From Alphaproteobacteria bacterium (GTDB lineage: Bacteria > Pseudomonadota > Alphaproteobacteria > Micavibrionales > Micavibrionaceae): 64,000 bases of DNA. How positions within the stretch are numbered: position 1 is the stretch's first letter; every line of letters starts with the position of its first letter. The position numbers and the translations under genes were made by a program. Under the pieces are notes generated by a model that made no database searches, was not told the DNA's origin, and saw nothing but the letters and a program-made list of their open reading frames with translations. The stretch is taken from NCBI GenBank assembly GCA_020442425.1, contig JAGRKB010000006.1, positions 4,020-68,019 on the forward strand, given 5' to 3'. This document shows positions 28,498 to 38,180 of the stretch, piece after piece.

Positions 28498-28950
28498 CTA
28501 GATTTTCTTCTTGGAAGTTTTGCTTTTATTCGCCATTAAGTGCAACGCATTCACATGTTGCTGAGACGCCTGCTTTTTCCCCAAACGCGGAGCGGCATCC
28601 TCCATTCCAAATTTCGGAACATTCTGCCCGCCAAGAGCCTTCAAAAGATCAATACCAAAACCTTGGGCATCATCCGTATCAGAAGCCTTAGCTCCCCCCT
28701 CATTACCTTTGCGAACAACCGGCTTTTCAGGAAGATCTTCATAAGCCCCTTCTTTACGGGCCTGCTCTTGAATAGCAATCCGCCCGACAGCATGCGCCAC
28801 AATCCCCGTCAAATGTGTTTTGGACAAAGCTTTCAACAGCTCGAAATCCTCCATCGCGCGTAAAGCGATGATTTTTTGTGCTTTATTTTGATTCCCCTTG
28901 GCTTTTTCCAAAGCCTCAAGAATACAGGTCTGCATATATGATTGGGCCAT
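28498..28950 (-). CDS. Hypothetical protein
   Basis: 150-aa ORF lying 13 nt downstream of... (upstream in transcription of) the kinase gene. I recognise no family. Confidence 0.45.
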   Translation of the reverse strand: MAQSYMQTCILEALEKAKGNQNKAQKIIALRAMEDFELLKALSKTHLTGIVAHAVGRIAIQEQARKEGAYEDLPEKPVVRKGNEGGAKASDTDDAQGFGIDLLKALGGQNVPKFGMEDAAPRLGKKQASQQHVNALHLMANKSKTSKKKI

Positions 28951-29038
28951 AAACGACTCCCCCTAACAAGAATATGGTAACACGTACCCCTGACAGATCA
29001 AACGATAAAATAACCCTCAAACAGCCCTTCCCCAAAAA

Positions 29039-29093
29039 CCTGTACTTTTGCTATACTAAAAATATGAAAAAGAAAGTACAGGCGCTCAAATGA
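29039..29093 (+). promoter_or_regulatory. 10-bp perfect inverted repeat spanning a -10-like box plus a 9-codon uORF overlapping the start of 29090..29467
   Basis: The arms are cctgtacttt (29039-29048) and aaagtacagg (29073-29082). TATACT lies at 29052-29057. The uORF ATG 29064 ... TGA 29091-29093 (MKKKVQALK) overlaps the main ATG 29090 as ATGA. Confidence 0.4.
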
Positions 29094-29467
29094 AAAAGCT
29101 AATAAGGATACTCACGTTAATAATGCTAGCCACCACAACCGTATCGGCCTGGGCAAAACCACCCGAAGAAGTCCGTACCGCAAAATACGAGCGCGTCAAA
29201 GCCTATGTCATCGACAACAGCCCAAAGACCTTCACAATTGATGTCTATAGCTTTGCCAATATCATGGTCGATCAAGAAGCTCCTGCATTTGCCGTCTATA
29301 TTTCAACATCCCCGCCAAAATCCTGCGCTGATTTTACATCCAAAAATCTCGCCTACACCAGACCCGAGAAATATCATCGTCAGTTTGACCTGACCAAACA
29401 TCAGGATATTCAAGATGCTCTAGAAAAATACCGCTGCGTCGTGATTAAAAATATCCCGCAGGAATAA
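29090..29467 (+). CDS. Small secreted protein (unknown)
   Basis: 125 aa. The signal peptide is MKKLIRILTLIMLATTTVSAWA. Confidence 0.55.
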   Translation: MKKLIRILTLIMLATTTVSAWAKPPEEVRTAKYERVKAYVIDNSPKTFTIDVYSFANIMVDQEAPAFAVYISTSPPKSCADFTSKNLAYTRPEKYHRQFDLTKHQDIQDALEKYRCVVIKNIPQE

Positions 29468-29476
29468 CCTCGCCCT

Positions 29477-29552
29477 GTCATCCTGAGGGCAACGCCCGAA
29501 GGATCTCCCTTTAAACCAAAGAGAGATTCTTCGCATTCGCTCAGAATGACAA
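29477..29552. repeat. Inverted pair of repeat modules
   Basis: The pair is gtcatcctgagggcaacgcccgaaggatc and, in the opposite orientation, gagattcttcgcattcgctcagaatgac. Confidence 0.8.
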
Positions 29553-29564
29553 GAATAGAAATAG

Positions 29565-32500
29565 TTAAGCCACCCCCGCCAAATCAGACGCCAAAGCCCG
29601 CGCACCTTTCACGCGATCCTTCAATGTGTCCCACGACCTCATAACTGATAGCTTCTGATCGGGACGAATTTTAACCGTCCCCGGTTTGGATTGAAGCCAC
29701 GAGAACAACTTTTCAGGGTTCGGCGGCTGATCTTTGTAAAACCGTACCACAGCGCCTTTAGGCCCTGCATCGAGCTGCATCACGCCAGCACGTTTGCAAT
29801 ACATCTTGATCCGCACAATTTCGAGCAGGTTATTCACCTCGTCAGGTAAATCCCCAAAACGGTCAATCATCTCGGCGGCAAATCCGTCAATATCCTCATC
29901 ATTGGTGAGATCACCCAAACGACGATAAAGACTCATGCGCGTACTTAAATCCTCGACATATTTTTCAGGAATAAGAACAGACATTCCCAAATTCAATGTC
30001 GGGCTCCATTCACCCGCGTCTTCCAAAGGCTTATCCGCCCCTGCCCGCGCAACGGCCACCGCGTCCTCTAACATTTGTTGATAAAGCTCAATCCCGACCT
30101 CACGAATATGGCCTGACTGCGCGTCGCCCAACAAATTCCCTGCCCCGCGAATATCCAAGTCATGCGAGGCGAGTTGGAACCCTGCCCCCAAACTATCGAG
30201 CGTTTCAAAAATCTCGAGCCGCTTCGTCGCATCTTCCGTCAAAATCTGATTGGCAGGATAGGTCAAATACGCATAAGCACGAACCTTGGACCGCCCGACG
30301 CGCCCCCTGATTTGATACAGCTGCGAAAGCCCGAACATATCCGCGCGGTGAACAATCATCGTATTGGCTGAGGGAATATCCAACCCTGACTCGATAATAT
30401 TGGTCGCAAGCAACACGCCATATTGCCCGTCATAAAAGGCATTCATACGGTCTTCAAGTTCAGTCGGCGTCATCTGCCCATGAGCCGCGATAACTTTGAC
30501 TTCAGGTACAAGTTCTTTAAGCAAGATTTCCAAATCTTCCATATCCGCAATGCGCGGACACACATAAAAACTCTGTCCGCCGCGATAATGCTCGCGCAAG
30601 ATTGCCTCGCGGATGACCATCCCGTCAAACGGCATCACAAAAGTCCGAATGGCCAAGCGGTCAACCGGCGGCGTCGCAATCAAACTCATATCCCGCACAC
30701 CGCTTAACGCCAATTGCAATGTCCTCGGGATAGGCGTCGCCGAAAGGGTGAGCATATGCACAGAGTTTTTCATCTCCTTGAGACGCTCTTTCTGCTTCAC
30801 ACCAAAGCGTTGCTCTTCATCAACAATCACCAAACCGAGATTGGAGAATTTAATATCCTTGGACAACAGCGCGTGTGTACCGATCACGACGCGTACAGAC
30901 CCGTCAAAAAGCCCGTCTTTAACTGCCTTGGCTTCCTGCGCCCGAACAAGACGCGAAAGCTGCTCAACCCTCAATCCCATTTCGGCAAAACGCGCGCGGA
31001 AATTGGCGTAATGCTGACGCGCGAGAAGCGTCGTCGGCGCAATCACCGCCACTTGAGCCCCAGACATCGCAGCCACATAAGCAGCCCGCAAAGCCACTTC
31101 GGTCTTCCCGAACCCAACATCCCCGCACACGAGACGATCCATCGGCTGCCCCGATTTCATATCCGCAAGAGCATCTTCAATCGCCCGCAATTGATCGTCT
31201 GTCTCCTGATACGGGAAGCGCGATACAAATTCATTATAATGCCCGTGGTCGATATCCAGAACTTCGGCATGTTGCAACAAGCGATTGGCAGCAATTTTCA
31301 AAAGCCCTTCGGCCATCACCATCAAATCTTTTTTGACCTTAGCTTTACGCGCTTGCCATCCCGCACCGCCAAGTTTATCCAGCTCCGTACCGTCCGAATT
31401 TCCAAAGCGCGATAACAGATCAATATTCTCAACAGGAACAAAAAGACGGTCGCCGCCCGCATAAGTAATCTTCAAACAATCATGCAGCAGACCTCCGGCT
31501 TTCAGGGTTTCCAACCCTTCAAACCGTCCCACCCCATGATCGACATGAACAACCAAATCCCCGACATTGAGGCTGGACACTTCACGCAAGAAATTATCAG
31601 CGCGTTTTTTCTTCTGGGATTTCCGCGACAAACGATCACCCAAAATATCCTGCTCGGTCAAGACAGCGAGATCACTCGAGATAAAGCCGCGTTCAAGCGT
31701 CAAAAGCACAGCCCCCGCCTGCCCTGCTTTTAACTTCGACACCTGATGCCACTGATCGACAGGAAACGGCAATCCTGCGCCGCCTTCCTCCATCATAACT
31801 TTCATACGATCACGAGAGCCTTGTGAATAACACGCAATCAAAACCTTGCGCCCCTCTTGTTGAAGTGACGTGATATATGCCCCCAACTCTGCAAACAATG
31901 GCCCGTTGGCTGCGCGAATATCTCCGAAATCCCGCGCCCGCTTAGCCTCAGGCCCTGCCTCATCTGACGGAGACGCAAAACTGCTCAGTACCAAACTATT
32001 ATCCGCAGTAACCACACTGAAAAATTCAGCATCGCTCAAATAAAGACGCTCAGGCGGCAACGGATGGTAAGCCACACCCGAGAGCGAGACATCCGACCCG
32101 CCTTTTTTCTTGCCCTTACTTTTAAAAGACTCATCCAGAGTCTCACGCGCCTGATAGAAATCTTTGATTTGAATTAGACGCTCTTCGCGCGCCTGCTCGG
32201 CTTGCAGATCAAAGGACACAAGCGGAGAAGCGATATAATCAAACAGACTTTCCATGCCCGCATGAAACAACGGCAACCAATGCTCCATCCCCGCATGACG
32301 CCGCCCTTCAGTGACGGCCGTGTAAAGTGGATTATTAGCCGTCGCCACACCAAACAATTCGCGGTATCCAGACCGAAATCGTGCAATCGAGGCCTCATCC
32401 AAAAAAAATTCGGTAACAGGCCGCAACTCAAAGCGATCCAAAATCCCAACTGTTAATTGAGACGACGGATCAAAACTCTTGATGCTCTCAACCTCGTCCC

Positions 32501-33062
32501 CGAACAAATCAAGACGCACAGGGTTTTCATACCCCGCAGGAAATATATCAATGATACTGCCGCGCACCGCAAATTCGCCCGACTCACGAACCGTATCCGT
32601 CCGCAAATATCCGTTGCCCGCCAGAAACGCATAAAGTTCTTGCTCTTTCACGCGTCCGCCGACCTTGGCAACCAACTGCGCCGAACGCAACACATCGCGC
32701 GGCATCACACGCTGGATCACAGAATTGACCGTTGTTAAAACAATACGCGGTTTATAAAGACCGTCATCCGCCCATTCCAACATCCGACACAAAGCCGCGA
32801 CACGCTGAGCCTCTATATCCGCATGAGGCGAGACACGGTCATACGGCAAACAATCCCAAGCAGGAAAATGTATAACCTCGACATCAGGCGAGAAAAACCC
32901 GATCAGCTCAGCCAACGTCGAAAGCCGCACATCATCCAATGCAACATGAACGAGAATCTGTTTCTCGCGAGACGCATCCAAAGCACGACGTGCCAGAAAG
33001 CGGGCATCCTGACCTTCGGGCAATCCATAAACGGTTTGAAATGATTTTGATTGGGCATCCAT
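29565..33062 (-). CDS. mfd: Transcription-repair coupling factor
   Basis: 1165 aa with Walker A GDVGFGKTEVALRAA and DEEQ box VIVDEEQRFGVKQKE. It has a UvrB-homology N-terminus and a TRG-type C-terminal helicase region. Confidence 0.95.
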   Translation of the reverse strand: MDAQSKSFQTVYGLPEGQDARFLARRALDASREKQILVHVALDDVRLSTLAELIGFFSPDVEVIHFPAWDCLPYDRVSPHADIEAQRVAALCRMLEWADDGLYKPRIVLTTVNSVIQRVMPRDVLRSAQLVAKVGGRVKEQELYAFLAGNGYLRTDTVRESGEFAVRGSIIDIFPAGYENPVRLDLFGDEVESIKSFDPSSQLTVGILDRFELRPVTEFFLDEASIARFRSGYRELFGVATANNPLYTAVTEGRRHAGMEHWLPLFHAGMESLFDYIASPLVSFDLQAEQAREERLIQIKDFYQARETLDESFKSKGKKKGGSDVSLSGVAYHPLPPERLYLSDAEFFSVVTADNSLVLSSFASPSDEAGPEAKRARDFGDIRAANGPLFAELGAYITSLQQEGRKVLIACYSQGSRDRMKVMMEEGGAGLPFPVDQWHQVSKLKAGQAGAVLLTLERGFISSDLAVLTEQDILGDRLSRKSQKKKRADNFLREVSSLNVGDLVVHVDHGVGRFEGLETLKAGGLLHDCLKITYAGGDRLFVPVENIDLLSRFGNSDGTELDKLGGAGWQARKAKVKKDLMVMAEGLLKIAANRLLQHAEVLDIDHGHYNEFVSRFPYQETDDQLRAIEDALADMKSGQPMDRLVCGDVGFGKTEVALRAAYVAAMSGAQVAVIAPTTLLARQHYANFRARFAEMGLRVEQLSRLVRAQEAKAVKDGLFDGSVRVVIGTHALLSKDIKFSNLGLVIVDEEQRFGVKQKERLKEMKNSVHMLTLSATPIPRTLQLALSGVRDMSLIATPPVDRLAIRTFVMPFDGMVIREAILREHYRGGQSFYVCPRIADMEDLEILLKELVPEVKVIAAHGQMTPTELEDRMNAFYDGQYGVLLATNIIESGLDIPSANTMIVHRADMFGLSQLYQIRGRVGRSKVRAYAYLTYPANQILTEDATKRLEIFETLDSLGAGFQLASHDLDIRGAGNLLGDAQSGHIREVGIELYQQMLEDAVAVARAGADKPLEDAGEWSPTLNLGMSVLIPEKYVEDLSTRMSLYRRLGDLTNDEDIDGFAAEMIDRFGDLPDEVNNLLEIVRIKMYCKRAGVMQLDAGPKGAVVRFYKDQPPNPEKLFSWLQSKPGTVKIRPDQKLSVMRSWDTLKDRVKGARALASDLAGVA

Positions 33063-33068
33063 GCCCGA

Positions 33069-33359
33069 TTACTTGGCAAAGCTATGCGATAAAAGCAAGT
33101 CCAGAACGCGAGATTTTACATCTTCAGGCGGTTTTTTCCGACCATTGATCCAATCATACACATCCGGATCGTTATTCATCAGGATTTCTTCGAAAAAGGC
33201 GAGGTCAGATCGATCAAAATCGTTAATATGCTGCTCGGCGAAAGACCCCATCAAAAGGTCCATTTCACGGGTTCCGCGATGCCACGCCCGAAAAGTTAGG
33301 CGTTTCCGCCAGTTTTCAGTTGATTCTTCAGTATTGGCTTTGCCCTGATTTCCCGTCAT
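33069..33359 (-). CDS. sdhE: Succinate dehydrogenase assembly factor SdhE (DUF339)
   Basis: RGxxE motif (HRGTREMDLLMGSF) in ~96 aa. It lies immediately upstream of mfd, as in many alphaproteobacteria. Confidence 0.8.
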   Translation of the reverse strand: MTGNQGKANTEESTENWRKRLTFRAWHRGTREMDLLMGSFAEQHINDFDRSDLAFFEEILMNNDPDVYDWINGRKKPPEDVKSRVLDLLLSHSFAK

Positions 33360-33403
33360 AATAGCCCCTATTCGGATGAGATACGTGAATAAGGAGCTAC
33401 TCT

Positions 33404-34030
33404 ATGAAACTTTCGGAAATCATCAAGGAAAATCGTGTCATAATCGCAGGAATAACCCTTCCTGTCTTTCTAATTGCCCTTATGACATTCGCAAAAACCA
33501 TTCCAGATAGAGCTGTATCCGCCCCCAAGTACGCTGTCATCTACGCGACACAAGACTGGAACGCTCTTGGACGCATTCATTTCGAAGTCAAAAAAGACGG
33601 CACTCTCAAAACAGAGTTTAAAAAGAACGAAAACTCACGCCAACATGGGTATACCTATGGTGAAAACACTCCAAAACCAACCGCGCGCCTATTCATTTAT
33701 AACGCCGAACAAGACAAAGTGACCGACCTCCAAATCAAAATTCCTGATCTTGAAAAACTGAAAGAAAACGACACAACCGATATCTCTGTTCCAGAACTGG
33801 AAAGTATCAAACTCTCCGACAGCTACACCTCCCCCGATGGATACAGATTCGAGGATTCCACCTATAAAAGCCGCCCTATCCTCTCCGATATATTTGTGTC
33901 TTCCTCTCGCTATTACGGGCCGATCATCACAAAACAAGGCCGCGTCATAAAACTCGCAAAAAATAACGCATACTACGGAAACGTAAAATTCGTCGGCTGG
34001 GTCACCGAAGGCCACATAACAGAAAAATAA
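33404..34030 (+). CDS. Hypothetical N-terminally anchored protein
   Basis: 208 aa with one TM (VIIAGITLPVFLIALMTF). I recognise no family. Confidence 0.5.
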   Translation: MKLSEIIKENRVIIAGITLPVFLIALMTFAKTIPDRAVSAPKYAVIYATQDWNALGRIHFEVKKDGTLKTEFKKNENSRQHGYTYGENTPKPTARLFIYNAEQDKVTDLQIKIPDLEKLKENDTTDISVPELESIKLSDSYTSPDGYRFEDSTYKSRPILSDIFVSSSRYYGPIITKQGRVIKLAKNNAYYGNVKFVGWVTEGHITEK

Positions 34031-34043
34031 GTGGAACAATATC

Positions 34044-35006
34044 ATGGATCAGACACAACCTCAGGCACCTGACAAATCTACAGCGCTCCACCAAATTCTG
34101 GAGATCATGTCCCTCCACAATGTGACGATATCGGATATCACAGCCGCCCTCAACAAATCCGCTGATCTCACATTGGGCGATAAAACATCCGGAAGCCTGC
34201 TGCAAAAAGTCATTATCTATATCGGCGCCGCCTTTATCTTCATGGGCATTTGTGTCTTTATCGGCATGATGTGGGATGACCTCAACAGCCCCGCGCGTAT
34301 CATCCTGACCTTAGGCAGCGGATTTATTGCCTACATACTGGGGCTCATGACACTGAAAGATAAAAAATATAATCAAGCCACCACGCCGCTGTTACTGGTC
34401 GGCGCAGCCGTTCAACCAACAGGCCTCTTTGTCTTTATGGATGAATATCTGCCGAAATCAGGAGACGTAGCCCTTGCCGCACTATCCGTCTTCGGCCTGA
34501 TGACCGCACAACAATTTATCACATTTCTGGCAACACAACGCACTTGCCTGCTCTTCTTCACCCTGTTCTTCCTCTATGCCACAATGTATTCAACCATAAA
34601 CTGGTTGGAAATTGACCAGGATTTAGGATTTCTATCGATGGGCTTAAGCCTTCTCACAGTATGTTACGGCCTCCGCAAAAGCCCGAATCACTCCATTCTC
34701 CCCTTCTTCTATTTCTGCGGAGCAACGATGACCGCTGTCGCAGCCTTTGATATGTTAGAAGACACATCAATGGACACCGCCATGATAGCAGTCTCGGCAG
34801 GTCTGATTTATCTCAGCACACTTGCCGCAAGCCGAACACTCCTAACCGTAGGCGTGCTCTCGCTTTTGGCGTTCTTGGCCTATTTCACAGACAAATATTT
34901 CTCAGATACAATAGGCTGGCCGCTCGCCATGATCCTCTTTGGCCTCATGATGATCGGCATCAGCGTTTTTGCCGTGAAATTGGGAAAGAAAATTGTTACA
35001 AATTAA
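34044..35006 (+). CDS. Hypothetical polytopic membrane protein
   Basis: 320 aa with a soluble ~60-aa N-terminus followed by about 8 hydrophobic spans. It ends 3 nt before the recG start. Confidence 0.55.
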   Translation: MDQTQPQAPDKSTALHQILEIMSLHNVTISDITAALNKSADLTLGDKTSGSLLQKVIIYIGAAFIFMGICVFIGMMWDDLNSPARIILTLGSGFIAYILGLMTLKDKKYNQATTPLLLVGAAVQPTGLFVFMDEYLPKSGDVALAALSVFGLMTAQQFITFLATQRTCLLFFTLFFLYATMYSTINWLEIDQDLGFLSMGLSLLTVCYGLRKSPNHSILPFFYFCGATMTAVAAFDMLEDTSMDTAMIAVSAGLIYLSTLAASRTLLTVGVLSLLAFLAYFTDKYFSDTIGWPLAMILFGLMMIGISVFAVKLGKKIVTN

Positions 35007-35009
35007 GGC

Positions 35010-37118
35010 ATGACCGCACAACCCGCTCAAAAACCCGCTGCAAGCCAGCGCCCGTTTATCCTCGACCCGCTCTTTCGGTCAGTGGGCGTGTTGAACGGCG
35101 TCGGCCCGAAATATCTGAAACTCTACGAAAAGCTTCTGGGCGGCACTAAACTTCTCGACCTCGTCTTTCATAAACCATCCAACTTGGTAGAACGTCATTT
35201 CGTTGAGAGCATCAAAGACGCAGCCGTAGATGAAACCGTAGCGCTAACCATCACCATTGACAAACATACACCAGCCCCGCGCAGGTCACAGCCTTACCGC
35301 ATCCGCACTCGGGATAAAACAGGCTTTATGGATTTGGTTTTTTTCAACGCCCACAGCAACTGGATCGAAGCTCAATTCCCTCTCGGAAAAGACGTCACCA
35401 TCTGCGGCAAGATCGAAGACTTTCGCGGAACAAAACAAATCATCCATCCTGATATACTGGATGCCGAAAAACCTGAAAAAACCGAAGTGATTTATCCGCT
35501 AACCGCAGGCCTCACGACCAAACCCTTACGCAAAGCCATTCTGGCAGCACTCGACCAAGCCCCCACACTTCCTGAATGGCTCGACCCCGCCCAAAAGAAA
35601 CAGCAACAATGGCCCGACTGGAAAGACGCGATTTTAAAACTCCACCACCCCGAACATGACAGCGATCTGGAAGGCGCGACAAAACATCGAACCCGTTTGG
35701 CCTATGATGAATTTTTAGCAAACCAGTTAACGCTTGCAATTCTGCGCCTTAAACAAAAGAAATTGAAAGGCCGCACCTTCACAACCAACGGCCCGCACCG
35801 CCAAAAACTTCTCTCCTCGCTCCCGTGGCCACTCACATCTTTCCAGCAAGAAGCCCTGAAAGAAATTGACGCCGATATGGGATCGAATGACAGGATGCTC
35901 CGCCTTCTGCAAGGGGATGTCGGCTCTGGAAAAACCATAGTCGCAGCTCTGGCCATGATGAACGCGATAGACAGCGGCACACAAGCCGCCCTCATGGCTC
36001 CGACAGAGATTCTGGCGCGCCAACATGAACAAACCCTGCGCCCCTACCTTGAGGCCGCCAATATCCCGTTTGTAACCCTGACAGGCCGCGATAAAGGAAA
36101 AATAAGACAATCTATTCTGGATGACATCGCCTCAGGACGCGCGAAAATCGTTATCGGCACACACGCCATTTTCCAAGACGGCGTTGACTTCCAAGACCTC
36201 GGGTTTGCGGTCATTGACGAACAACACCGCTTCGGCGTCCATCAACGCCTGCAACTCTCGAACAAAGGCAAAGGCGTCGATGTGCTGGTCATGACCGCAA
36301 CGCCTATCCCGCGTACATTGGCCCTCACAGCTTACGGCGATATGGAAGTCTCACGAATTGTCGGCAAACCCCCGGGAAGAAAACCTGTCGATACGCGCCT
36401 TCTGCCGCAAGACCAGATTGAGGACATGATGCAAAAGGTCGGAGACCAAATCAAACACGGCGTGCGCGTCTATTGGGTCTGCCCGTTGGTTGAAGAATCT
36501 GAAATCCTCGACCTCGCAGCCGCCGAAGAACGGCATCTCCTCCTTCAACAACTCTATGGCGACAAAGTCGGCCTTGTCCACGGACGCATGAAACCCAAAA
36601 ACAAAGACGACGTCATGCAAAAATTTGCAAACGGCGAAATTTCAATTCTTGTCGCAACAACCGTGATTGAAGTGGGCGTCAACGTTCCCGAAGCCACCAT
36701 CATGGTCATTGAACACGCCGAACGCTTTGGTTTAGCACAACTTCACCAATTACGCGGGCGCGTCGGCAGAGGCGGCGATCAATCTTATTGCTTTTTGGTT
36801 TATGCCCATCCGATCGGCGAAGTCGCCAAAGAACGCCTCAAAACCATGCGCGGAACGGAAGACGGATTCTTAATCGCCGAAAAAGACTTGGAACTCAGAG
36901 GCAGCGGCGAAGTCTTGGGCACAAAACAAAGCGGTCTGGAAGAATTTCGGCTGGCAGATATCGCAACCCACGCCGACCTGCTGTACTCCGCGCGCCAAGA
37001 CGCAGCCCTCTTTCTTGAGAAAGACCCAGACCTCGAAACGGAACGCGGCAAAGCCCTCAGAACACTGCTCTACCTCTTTGAACGCGACCAAGCCATAAGC
37101 TATTTGAGATCAGGTTAA
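35010..37118 (+). CDS. recG: ATP-dependent DNA helicase RecG
   Basis: 702 aa with a wedge/OB N-terminus. Motifs are GDVGSGKTIVAAL, VIDEQHRFGV and QLHQLRGRVGRG. Confidence 0.95.
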   Translation: MTAQPAQKPAASQRPFILDPLFRSVGVLNGVGPKYLKLYEKLLGGTKLLDLVFHKPSNLVERHFVESIKDAAVDETVALTITIDKHTPAPRRSQPYRIRTRDKTGFMDLVFFNAHSNWIEAQFPLGKDVTICGKIEDFRGTKQIIHPDILDAEKPEKTEVIYPLTAGLTTKPLRKAILAALDQAPTLPEWLDPAQKKQQQWPDWKDAILKLHHPEHDSDLEGATKHRTRLAYDEFLANQLTLAILRLKQKKLKGRTFTTNGPHRQKLLSSLPWPLTSFQQEALKEIDADMGSNDRMLRLLQGDVGSGKTIVAALAMMNAIDSGTQAALMAPTEILARQHEQTLRPYLEAANIPFVTLTGRDKGKIRQSILDDIASGRAKIVIGTHAIFQDGVDFQDLGFAVIDEQHRFGVHQRLQLSNKGKGVDVLVMTATPIPRTLALTAYGDMEVSRIVGKPPGRKPVDTRLLPQDQIEDMMQKVGDQIKHGVRVYWVCPLVEESEILDLAAAEERHLLLQQLYGDKVGLVHGRMKPKNKDDVMQKFANGEISILVATTVIEVGVNVPEATIMVIEHAERFGLAQLHQLRGRVGRGGDQSYCFLVYAHPIGEVAKERLKTMRGTEDGFLIAEKDLELRGSGEVLGTKQSGLEEFRLADIATHADLLYSARQDAALFLEKDPDLETERGKALRTLLYLFERDQAISYLRSG

Positions 37119-37157
37119 GCATTTTTAAACTGATTATCTGGATCAACCCCAATAAAA

Positions 37158-38159
37158 TTATGTCAATATATCGCAAAGCCGTTGCAAATCCGCTGGCCTC
37201 TCGCAGGTAAAATGCATTTCTTCCTCTGCCCGAGGATGAATAAAAGAAATCTCTGCTGCATGTAACGCCTGTCGCGGGAACGCCATAACATTGCCGATCA
37301 CCCCATCATCATATCCACCCTTACGCAAAATAGATTTGGCTTTTGTAGATTGCGCCCCGTAAAGCTCATCCCCTACCAACGGAAATCCGAGATGCTGCAT
37401 ATGAACCCTGATCTGATGAGTCCGTCCTGTCTCAAGGCGACACTCCACCAAAGCCAGAGCATCATTATAATCCTCCAGTACAGAAAAGTTGGTAGCAGCG
37501 TCCTTACCATTACCTTTCACAACTGCCATTTTAAGACGATTGCTCGGATGCCGCCCGATCATAGTTTCTACCCTCCCCTTATGCGGAAACGGCACGCCAT
37601 ACACCAACGCATGATACACGCGCGACAAAGACCGATCTTGTAACTGCTCGGATAAATGGTGATGCGCAAAATCATTTTTGGCGACCATCATCAGTCCCGA
37701 AGTATCCTTATCAAGACGATGGACAATCCCAGGGCGCTTCACCCCGTTAATCCCTGACAAACTCTCGCCACAATGATAAAGAAGTGCATTGACCAAAGTT
37801 CCCGTTGCATGCCCCACCGCAGGATGAACCACCATCCCGACAGGCTTATTGAGTACGATGACATCCTCATCTTCAAACAAAATCTCAAGCGGAATATTCT
37901 CAGGCGTCGGCAACGCATCCTCTAAAGGAGGCAAAGACAAGACAATCATCTCACCCGCTTTGACTTTTCTGGACGGCGTTGTACAAGTCACCCCATCAAT
38001 CAGACATTCCCCTCCATCAATAAGGGCTTGCAACCGCGTCCGTGAAAAATCAGGCAAGAGCGTTGCCACAGCCTTATCCAACCGCAACCCGTCCTCTGCA
38101 AAACCAATAAGGGCATGCAACGTATCTGTTTGTATGTCATCCTTCTCTGGCGATGTCAT
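37158..38159 (-). CDS. rluD: RluA-family 23S rRNA pseudouridine synthase (RluD-like)
   Basis: Has an S4-like N-terminus and the catalytic motif HRLDKDTSGLMMVAK. Confidence 0.85.
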   Translation of the reverse strand: MTSPEKDDIQTDTLHALIGFAEDGLRLDKAVATLLPDFSRTRLQALIDGGECLIDGVTCTTPSRKVKAGEMIVLSLPPLEDALPTPENIPLEILFEDEDVIVLNKPVGMVVHPAVGHATGTLVNALLYHCGESLSGINGVKRPGIVHRLDKDTSGLMMVAKNDFAHHHLSEQLQDRSLSRVYHALVYGVPFPHKGRVETMIGRHPSNRLKMAVVKGNGKDAATNFSVLEDYNDALALVECRLETGRTHQIRVHMQHLGFPLVGDELYGAQSTKAKSILRKGGYDDGVIGNVMAFPRQALHAAEISFIHPRAEEEMHFTCERPADLQRLCDILT

Positions 38160-38180
38160 CTTGTCTCTTCCAAAAACAAA

